From: Trypethelium eluteriae
Taxonomy: Eukaryota
Reading direction: 5' to 3'
DNA length: 33,043 nucleotides
Assembly (NCBI GenBank): GCA_051942245.1
Contig: JAVECL010000248.1
Coordinates: 1-33,043 of the forward strand
In this document: in pieces, positions 23,601 through 33,043 of the stretch
Layout: each line of letters starts with the position of its first letter
Numbering within the stretch: position 1 is the first letter of the stretch
Notes under the pieces: generated by a model
The model's database searches: none
What the model saw: only the letters and a program-made list of their open reading frames with translations
Told to the model about the DNA's origin: nothing
Position numbers and translations under genes: made by a program

Positions 23601-23849
23601 ATGTGCTATCAGGTCGTCGAGCGTTACTCAGTATGCCGCTGTCTTTACTACAAACATGCCGTCGACAGATGTCCAGCCTACGGCCAGCGCGGTCATGGCA
23701 TTCAAGAAAGAACGGTTCTCGTGGGCTACGCTTGCGCCAGTCACTCCAGAGGAAGGTCTGCTCTACCACCATCAGACGTCCGAGCTAGCTTCCCGGACTC
23801 GGGCTACTTCAGCGGTGACGCCAGCGCATCCTACGGACGACGAAGATGA
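23601..23849 (+). CDS. Small Cys/His-rich protein (82 aa), uncharacterised fungal family
   Basis: ATG in good context (CAGCATG), preceded by TATAAA (~23406) and a pyrimidine-rich leader. MCYQVVERYSVCRCLYYKHAVDRCPAYGQRGHGIQERTVLVGYACASH resembles small hypothetical proteins I recall from Pezizomycotina. Confidence 0.8.
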   Translation: MCYQVVERYSVCRCLYYKHAVDRCPAYGQRGHGIQERTVLVGYACASHSRGRSALPPSDVRASFPDSGYFSGDASASYGRRR

Positions 23850-25241
23850 AAGACTTCTTTCTCACGACCTTCATTGATACCCGGGGTCTTGCGGGTAACC
23901 ACTACGGAATTCAACCCCGCCTCCGATCAAAGCAGGATGCCGTGCCAATCCTTACCGCACTCTTCCATCTCACATTCCAGGACAAAACACAAAACGCTTT
24001 CAAATCAGCTCCACGAAAACCGGACACCGAGCCGTATCCCTCAGTCTTCTTCCCTTCTCTACGGCTTTGACGGATAACGAAAGGTGTATGATACGATCAC
24101 GAGCTCTTGCATTGTTCTACATGTGTCGGAAATAGAGGGGCCTGGCCTAGACGCAAGCGGGCACTTGCTATCCTTCTTTTTATTTTTATTTTTATTTCTT
24201 TTCCTTTTATCGGCATGAGGAAATGGTGTTAAGGATTGGAACCATCTAGAAAGGGTGTGGCATGGGTGGCGTTTTGGGATGCTTAGGGCAAATTCACAGT
24301 CCTGGACCAGTATTCCCTGGCAAGCAATCGTCAAACCCCCTTCTCGTCCCACTTACGAGCTGGGCTCCAGTTCCCATTCGCTATCTGTCTTACTATTAGC
24401 TATCTCCTGTATCTGATTTTGATGGTGGTGGGGGGGCTGCTGGTTGCTGCGGGCGGCAGAAATCGGATTTGCTGCAGGCAGCTTGATTAACCTGACGTCT
24501 GAGACGTTCAGACTTCCAATGACCTTGAATCCGCCGTGTTTGGCTTAACCAGGAATACCAACAATGCTTCTATCATCCCAAATTTCAGCCCTCCCTTCCC
24601 TTCGTCCTTCTTTCACTTTTCTGCGGGGTGCCGCATCTGTCGTCAGCCGGCTCGCGCCGCCGGAACTTGGTCAAGACGGAAGTCCATTAATAGAGCAATG
24701 ATTCGTGCCGCAAGCTGCACCGTATGCCTTGAGCTGTTGCTTTCCACCATTCCCTTCCTTGAAACCCTAAAAAGGATCCTGGTCTGCACACCTGCATCCC
24801 AATCCTACCCGTTTAGGTTCTGTCATGTGTCCCTCTCCGTCATACTCGCATTGCCTTCCGTGTCGATGCCGCCATTGCGCGTACCGAGACATCTGCCCTC
24901 CTTTTGCGGAAGCGAGAAGGTGCATGATGGAGAGAGGGAGTTCATCAAGAGGCGTTCGTGAAGCAGACCAATAGGGTCCCAGAGCGAGCCTGGAGACCAG
25001 GATGTCCAACCAAAACGCGAGAGTAGAATACGTCGACACCGCGCAAACGATTAATGCACCAGACACCAGACGGGAAGAGACAGTACAACACGAAGAGGAA
25101 GGACACGCCAGAAAAGAAGCCAAAAAGCAAAAGTGCCTACACCGCACACACTAAATCGGAGACGTCAACCGAGGGAGATCAGCTGCAGTCTGCACGATTG
25201 CTTTGGATACCGGAGCCCGGTAAGGTAACCTTTTTTTTCCT

Positions 25242-25267
25242 GTGCCATCAGTGCCATCAGTGCCATC
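25242..25267 (+). repeat. 9-bp tandem repeat (GTGCCATCA) x ~3
   Basis: Seen directly in the sequence. Confidence 0.9.
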
Positions 25268-26526
25268 CTCGTTAGGCGTGACCCCACCTGTCGTCAACCT
25301 CCCCTCCTCTCCATCCAATACGTACTCGATTTAGCCCTGCTGGCCACTGTCAATCTAACTCTTTTCGCTACGCTATACCCAAATTTGATTAATCCATCCG
25401 TGCCCCACTTCGCGTGGTCGCCATCGCTTTTCGAACCACCCAGTCCAGCTCTTCCCTCACCGTGGAAAGATGGGAAAGGCCTGCTGCGATTGGAGCCCAG
25501 CTAAAATTAGCATGCCTCGTGGCCTGCAAGCCTACCAGCGGCTTGCAGCATTGGCACGCGAAGCACGCAGCCAAGAACGCAGCCAGGCAGGCAGCCCCAG
25601 CACCTAGGCAGACCCGGCCGCTACTACTGCCCGAACCGAACCAGACTTTGGAAATGAACTAATTAACCCAGCTGCTGAGAGTGTTGGCCGGCCCGGGAGA
25701 CGGCGGCCAGGCGAAGCTTCACCTAGGTATCTGCGGTATCTAACTAAACGACAGGCACTGTTGCGGAAAAGAGATAACTTGCAAGGTTCCAGAGCTTACT
25801 TACCATCAGGGAATTTTAGATAAGCAGTTGGAAATCAGATGTTTTTTGCCTGGATTCCGATCGCCAATTGGAAATCCTGTGGAGGTGACTCGGATTGACT
25901 GTGAGTTGGGCGATATTGGAGCGGCTTCTATCAAGGTCCATGAGCTGAAGGAGAAAGCTGTGGGGAGAAGAGATTTAGACGTGATTTACGCCTCCGTTAG
26001 CATCTCCGTATCAGTTTCATCTGCATCTCTCTCGTTCCTTCCTTTTTCAATCCACTTCCCGCGCCTTGCTTCATTCCGGAATTCAATAAAGAGTCTGCCA
26101 AGCGATGGTTCACAATACGGTCAGGCAAGCAAGTTGGTACGCCCGTCTCGTCCGGGAGGCCCCCAAAAAGCGAAGCTCGGCGTTACACAAACGACTGGGA
26201 CCCATTGCATTGATTTCGTGGGCGTTTATGAACCCGAGCCAACGGATCAGATGAGCATGCAGCGTCTGGGATTTTTGGCAAATGCTTCTATAACGATATG
26301 TATTAGGCAATCAAGTACCTATTTCGGGCCAATTTGCTACTGTTTCGCTCGGGCTGTCGATTGAACCGGGAGCGACAACACTCAGATACGTCGTAATAGA
26401 ATTCGTAAACTGAGCAAATTGTAGTTCAATAAATAAATTTCAATCTCATTACAGGTAGACTCACAACATCGGTTGGATACATCAAAAATCATACTAAGCA
26501 GAAACACCTTTCGAAAATTGTGATCT

Positions 26527-26556
26527 AAAAAAAAACAAAAAAAAGAAAAAAAAAAG
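26527..26556 (+). repeat. Interrupted poly(A) tract
   Basis: ~30-nt A-rich run in an AT-rich intergenic patch. Confidence 0.9.
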
Positions 26557-29254
26557 CAAGATATGCCCATGCTTAGGTCATGCCCTGTAAAGGATTACCT
26601 AAATTAGCATTTTATCTACTTAATTGATCTCACTCTACCCAACGGGATCAAATCGGCGTTGCCGGAAAACCCCATGTAATAATTTGCAATCAGATTCCGG
26701 AGTCCTGCCGCTAACCACACAACCTGAATCTTGTGTGCCATGCATCATCACCAAGATATGCCCCAACGCACTATTCCTGTCTTGTTGATTTAAAGACAAA
26801 CCCATTGGAAAGGATGCAAAGCTATTCCAATCCGCCTTCTAGCTTATCAAACGGCTGTACCACAAGTTCTAGCTATTTGGCCTCGGTTTGCATTGCCACA
26901 TCTCGTCTTTGCACAACATTACAGTACATTGACATACTATTTGAACATCATATCTAGTCTGCGTGGGTCCATCTATTAGAGGAAGTCGCTTCAGTCACAT
27001 ACTGGCGTTAGTAAGCCAGCACGCTGCTGCACCCCATCGTCTACTCGTCCTCTTCTGCAGTCTGACTTCCTTAGTCCCAGCAATTACATGCTTAGATCGT
27101 CGGATTTGAACACCATTCTCGACTAGGAAAGCTTTCCGATGCACTTCTACAGCCGTTACAGAGCTAATCATGGCGAACTTGTTGAAGATGTTGCTCTTCT
27201 TGCACAGGTTCGTGATTAGTGGAGGATGGCAATGTAATAATCCGCAATATTCAGGTGTAATCTCAAAGCATTGTCATCCTTAGTCTGACAGGAGAACAAA
27301 ACAAACTTTGGATGTACGTAAGTAAACTATTGTGGAGCGAGATCATCGAGTATTCGACGAGGCATAATTCCACAAAGACCTCCATTATCACTGCGAAGCG
27401 ACCAGAGTGTGCGGCTCCAACGCGGAAATCGACAAATTTTGGATAACATACAGTAGAATTGGGAGTCGATCTTGGAGCGTCTAGCACCATAAAAAGCTCT
27501 GGAGGGTGGTGTCAAAAAAGCCCAAGTGAGAACTGTGCTTTTCCAACGACAAATCTAGCAGGTGATTCCCCAACACAACGATTACGGCCGAGATCGAAAG
27601 GCGGGAAAAGACCAGATAGGGCTGTCCCAGGAAAGAAAATTGGGCGAAAGGGAGGGGATCGGGAGAAGAGCGAAGAGGAGGAGTTTGAAGGAAAGGAGCG
27701 GTATGCATTCGAGGCAGGGGGTGGGGAAGAGCACCATATTGCAGCTGCAGTCACCAACGGGTGGGTAAATTCTCATGTCAGTATTAAATTATTCCTCTCA
27801 CCATGGTCACCAAGGACACCAAAGACAGGACAGCCGCTTCAGTTGGCCCACCCTTTTTTCCCGTCGGCGACGCCGTCCGCGTGGGACATGTCTGACACCG
27901 CATCAATGCGCTGTACCTACATATTGATGCACTCACGGCACTGTACCTGCCTGGCAGCCTCGTGAAGTGGAGCCACGACGTGGGGGCAACCGAAGGCTTA
28001 GAACCGACTTCCGAATGTGGTCGCACAGCATGAATTCGATTGCCTTGGCTCGGGTTGCACACGTCTCGCCCGAACGGGGAAAGGAGGACCTCGCAGTTAC
28101 AGGCCCTACTTTACCGCTCATCCTTCGAGCTACACGAGTGGGCTGGAATGTGGTGAAGAGAAAAAAGGCACGGGTCGCAAGTTGCAACAACTGTTATGAT
28201 CGAGTTGCAAAGGTACCGCGCGAAGAGTCTCACAAACTTCCACACGAAGGATGGTAGCTGAGATGTATGACCGTGTGGCGTGGATGGTAAACAACTAAAG
28301 GCAGGTCGAAGGAAATGGTTATCTGCATGGAGGACGTTCTAGTGTAGACGTCAAGCAGCGTCAGACTCCCTAGGTGCTTTGTCACAAAAAAGTAATCACT
28401 CAGTCGGTCAATAGTTTAGGCAGCTAGTCGGTGAGGGTTAAGTGAAGGAGCATGAGCAGTAGGTATGTCACTAGAGTCTCTCCATTCGATTGATCTATAG
28501 CTATGAAGCAAAGCTAATGCTGCTCACTCTGCTGCTTATTTGTCCTCCATAAGACCAATCAAATCAACCCTGCATCATTCCTTCATCACTTCCTCACTGC
28601 TTCTGCTTTCCTCGGAACTGGTAAGCATGGAGAGTCCACATGCTTGTAACCAGACCTTTTCCTCCCTTCCTTTCTTCAATCGCGGGTCCCGTGGCCATAT
28701 TCTATATTCGTTTGAAACAAGAACACAGCCGAAAACTTTCGTTTAAGCGGGCGCGATGTTGTAAGTGTGCGCTCGTAGACGCAAGCTGCTTTGTCACACA
28801 AAGGCTAGGAGTTGGCTGAAGCCTTAGGTGTGCGCAGCACAAAGCTCGAAATCCAACGAAGCACAGTGAGGCAAACCAGCTATCCCCGCCGCATGCGCTG
28901 AGAGAATCCTGACCGGAGCGATAGACCAGCTGCCGCTGCGGGTGATTCTTACAGGGGGTGGAGGTGCCACGTTGGGGATGGCTGGCCTGACGCTCGATTG
29001 TTTTAGGAAAAAACGAATTGGGTAAGGAGCGTGGCTGTTCAACATATCAGGAAAAAATCTGATGATGACAAAGCCAAATACACCGGAATTGTCGGAAACA
29101 CAATCGACAAATTTGATAATGGAATGGTAATAAGCCAAAGAGAAAAAAAGAGTGACGGGCGATAGCCTTCCATGTGCACAAAAGCAAATGAGAACGCGTG
29201 AAGGGGGCGAAAACGTTGCCATCATCAGCATCTTTTTTTCTGCTTTTCTGCTCT

Positions 29255-30195
29255 TCATCTCCGAACCACGACGCCTTGGCGCCGTGTTGTGCGTGCTTGA
29301 TATTGCACCTGTTCGTCCTCGCTGCTCTCAGTGTCGCTCGAGCATTCGCTACTCTCCTCGCTGTATCCGCACCGAGAACCACCACAGTCGAGTTTGACTC
29401 GGTCGCCTGATCGGGTGATACCGTACCGTTCGCATGTACAACAGCTGCCTGTGGAGCTGGGACTCGTGGAGCCTGATGAGCGCAGACTGGGCACTGACGA
29501 GCGACTGCTGTTGCTGCTGCGAGCGGAATCGGAGTCGGACCCGTAGTAGCTGTCGGATGACGTGGACGACGGCGACGCCGAGTAAGGCGTGATGGTTGTA
29601 GTGCGGAACTTTGATGAGAGCGCCATGACGGATGGATCGGTACTGTAATCTGCAGCGGCAAATGCACGAGCCTTGGATGGGTTGATTGGCTTTGGCGACT
29701 GAATTTGCGATGGAGATAGGGCGCGTCCTTTCGGAATGTCTGTCGAAGTAATGCGAGAGTGATGTTTTGAGGACGGTGCGTGCGTCTCTGTTCGGCGGCC
29801 ACTGGACGATGACACTTTTCCAGCAGGTATGTCAAGGATGTTCAATTTTCGGCCAGTGGTTGGCTCCACAGTGTGTTCACGGGCAGGGTCGTGAGACACA
29901 TGGTACCCATCAATGATATACTAAAATAAGATCAGTACTGTGTCAGAAGTATACAGTGTTGGTTGTCCGGATTGCTGGACTTGGACTGAAGGGCATAACC
30001 TACGTAGTACCAGTGCCTTTGACCCGGTTGTAACGTTTTACCCTGAAACCTGAAAGTACCTTTCCACGCACCAGCTTTGTGGGAGTCCTTTGACAGAGGA
30101 AGTTGGCCCTTGTATCCGTCCCATGAACCGAGCAGGTGAACCGTCTTGCAATTACTCGAAGTTCGGAGAGAAAAGTTGAGTTGTATGGCTGCCAT
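29255..30195 (-). CDS. CBM48/AMPK-beta glycogen-recognition-like domain protein with Ser-rich linker and C-terminal Cys cluster, ~285 aa
   Basis: Exons 30195-30004 and 29920-29255 (83-nt intron gtaggt..ttag). VHLLGSWDGY..W..L.PG...YYYIIDG...HDP.....NIL pattern of E-set/CBM48 domains; C-terminal CCTCERYG..DCGGSRCG. Confidence 0.85.
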
Positions 30196-31861
30196 TATGA
30201 ATCGATTGAATATTAGTGTCGGAGGTCCTTATGTTCGTCTAGTCCAAAAAAGAAAACGCGATATTAAAAGCGTGTATTGTGGTAGAAGGCGTGAAGCCTT
30301 GTAATGCGTTTTGAGCAAGGAGAGCTATTAGTCGAAGAAAATCTCTATTATTGACGTGTAGTGCGCGCGTGTGTCGACCGGCGACAAAAATGAATCGAAG
30401 TGCCTTGACAGATTTTACTCTGTGGAAGGCTGGTAGAGTTGGTAAGATATTATTGGAGCGCGATAATATTGTATGGGAGAGCACCAGGCTCAAGAATATG
30501 TGAGAAGAGTAAAGTAGACGCAGTGTAAAAAGTGCAAATAAAAAACGCAAAGAGAAAGAACTCGACCAAACAGACTCTCAGAGGGTTGACAGGCTTGCTG
30601 AAGAAGAGAAAAGGAGTCGGAAGCGGGCAAGAGGCAGCTTCTTATTACCTGGGCGACGCCCCCTCAGAGGGAGGAGGGATGGGAGCTGGCCAGAAGCCCG
30701 ATTCGACCACAAGACCACTGGGCTCCGGAGGTACTGCAGCGTGCATGTTCGCGAGCTCGGGGAACGGCCTGCACAGAGCCTGCGAATGCATGCCTAAGGA
30801 GTGCTACTGAGGGCGACGGTTGGCGTTGAGCGCTTGGAAGAAGACAAACGAGTGGTCGAGTGTTGGATGGTCTTGGATGGAGGTGATGCGGGTGAGCTGC
30901 GGACCAGCTGCGGGCGCCTAGAGTGGAGACGCTGATTCGCCAGATGGAGCTGGGCTCGAGTGGAGAGCAGACAAACAGGACTAGGAAGGAGCAGGGGACA
31001 ACTGAACGACAGGCCAATGGGATGAAAGGGGAGCAATAGCAGTGGTGATAAGTGGTGATGGTTTGTGCTCTAGCTGCGCATCGTCCACTAATTTACCGTC
31101 ACACTGCAGACTGGACCACCGAACCAGCAAGAACTCCCACCAAAAAAGCTGCATCTCGATAGTGACGCGCATTGACTTGAATTGCCCTTTTGGCTGGTAC
31201 AACCTGGTCGCTCTTCCTCGGACGTCCATCATCCATGTGCGATGTACTTCTGGCATTCTTCCATGGCCAATGACCTTGCACATTTTCAGCCAATAACGTA
31301 GCCCTCGGCGGTTGCATGCAACCTTAGGCTCGGGAGCCTGCCGGGAAACATTGCAAACAAGACCGGTGATAAGATGGTCTACGTACCTTACCTACCTAGT
31401 ACCTTGCTACTCGTAAACACCATCCATCCATCTCTCCAATCTATTAGGCAACAAAGCCACCATCCCACCATAGCTCCACTGTCCGGTCAAGCCACCCCTC
31501 AGTTGATTCATGCTTTCGCCTTAATTAGGGCTGGTGGGACCATGAACGAGGCTCCTGCGAGAGCGGGGAATCTGCAGCTATCCTTCTCGAATCACCTTCT
31601 TCCCGGCGCTTAGATCGAATCTCACGAATAATAATCTTCTCCATCGTATGCTGAGCAAATGATAATTGTTCCTGAGCAGTATTTCGGCTGCTGCCGGTGA
31701 CATGTTTTCCAGCTGAGTGCGATTGCACAAATCAAACCTATTCACCCCACGTGGAGTCCGGGGCATCCCAAGCGTACTGCATGATATCTCGATCACGGAT
31801 GAAAGCTATGGTGGCTATCACGCGGACATGCCGTTGAGAGTCGACAAAAACCCCCGATTGA

Positions 31862-33043
31862 TCAGTCTCCCAAGAGGCCCATCAGTTCGTCGGGGGTCAA
31901 GGTACTCTTTCTCCTTTTTGGCCTCCCACCAATCCTCGTCCTCTTGACTGCCTTGGCTGGAGAGCCAGCCATATTTGATCTAGTCTCTCTTACCTCCTTT
32001 CCCATCTGACGCCTCCGTTCGTCTTCCTGCTCTTGCATCTTCTTAGCTCTAGCCTCAGCTGCTGCCTCTGCCTCCACTTGCGCAGCTCTTAGCTTATCCT
32101 GCACGGTAAAATGGTCGTGCACGGAATCCTCATCCGCGTCCGGCTCTTCTTCTTCCTCGCTCAGATCGGATGAAAAAACCAGCTTCGACGCTGGTTCCGA
32201 AGGGTGTGGCGAAGATGGGCGCTTAGACGCCTGCTCATTGTTAGTCTTGTAGTTGGACTTGGTGGTAATCTGTTGTTTTTTCCTTGATGTGAGGGTGTGC
32301 CGGTATCTGTCTTTGCGAAACTTACTTTTGGGGATGAGCCTCGTGATTGTTGCCCATGCGCTTTTTGGCCCTGGCTAAATACTTTTCCAGGTGATAGGTC
32401 TGGTGCGTTTGCCAGGATATCCAACTCTGAGTTTTCATCAGCCGTCCCATCCAAGGAGAGCATGAAGGAGACGCGTCGAGGCGACTTGGGATTTGCTTTG
32501 GTTTCTCGGAGAGGTTGGTGCTGTGTAGGAGACTCCAGATCAAACATGTCGGATTGCTCAGTCCCTTCACCGTATTCGACTTTCTTGTCCACCGGGCGAT
32601 ACTCTTTGACAAGATCGATGCCGGACTCATCGCTCTCGTTCTTTCTGCAGCTGTCGCTTCTCTTTCTGGCACTTCCAGCAATGCTTGCTAGATCTTCAAA
32701 GCCTTGGCCTAAGCCCAAACCCATCTTGAGATCTTCCAGTTGAACTGTATCGCCCTTTTCTTCTATCCTCTTTCTCCACCCTTCCATCATAGCTACTGCC
32801 TCTCGCCATCTCGCTTCCATTCTCTCCCAGCCATGACGAAGGATGCCGATTTCTTCATCTCTTGTCTCAACCTCCTCCAAAGGGACAAAGTTAGGGCTTG
32901 TCAACACCTCCTTCAGCTGCCCCAATACTGCGTCCACATCCGCAGCCAATGCTTCATATGACGTCGGCAGTGCATTCACCATCGCCGTATCCTCCTCTTC
33001 CACAATCGTCTGGATCTGGATATCTCCACCAGTCTTCTTCACC
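31862..33043 (-). CDS. 3' part (partial) of coiled-coil protein resembling the TinA/Msd1/ADIP family (NIMA-interacting, spindle pole)
   Basis: Exon from the window edge to 32326, 95-nt intron 32325-32231 (gtaagt..ctaac..cag), last exon 32230-31862 in frame. Segments LPTSYEALAAD, PNFVPLEEVETRDEEI..GWERMEARWREA..MMEGWRKR, TVQDKL and KRRKSTLTPDELMGLLG are recalled from TinA-like proteins. The N-terminal domain lies outside the window. Confidence 0.7.

Noticed and set aside
26380..26700. AT-rich patch with poly(A) as a possible retroelement or RIP relic
   Set aside because: No target-site duplication, LTR/TIR or transposase/RT fragment is visible.
29047..29835. 262-aa alternative-frame ORF overlapping the CBM48 gene
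   Set aside because: Frame shadow of the Ser-rich coding region; the spliced CBM48 frame is the coherent one.

Overview
Eukaryotic, intron-containing DNA from a filamentous ascomycete (Pezizomycotina), with GT-AG introns and CTRAC/CTAAY branch sites. I reconstructed 12 protein-coding genes by manual splicing: the 3' end of a probable metallophosphoesterase, a 6-Cys GPI-anchored CFEM protein, a NAPE-PLD/Fmp30-like metallo-beta-lactamase, 8-exon prephenate dehydrogenase TYR1, a Ral2-like Kelch-BTB protein divergent from CDC20, a Het-C/TinC-family protein, a divergent L-rhamnonate dehydratase (lraC/LRA3) and RhaR-like Zn2Cys6 regulator pair, an 82-aa Cys/His-rich microprotein in a ~7.8-kb gene-poor tract, a CBM48/AMPK-beta-like protein, and the 3' part of a TinA-like protein. 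The most notable feature is missing from the ORF track: a box C/D snoRNA resembling yeast snR13 inside the unusually long first intron of TYR1. It is bracketed by its own donor, branch and acceptor signals, suggesting an intron nested within an intron. No transposons, tRNAs or rRNAs were recognised. Family assignments rest on motifs recalled from memory, not on database searches.
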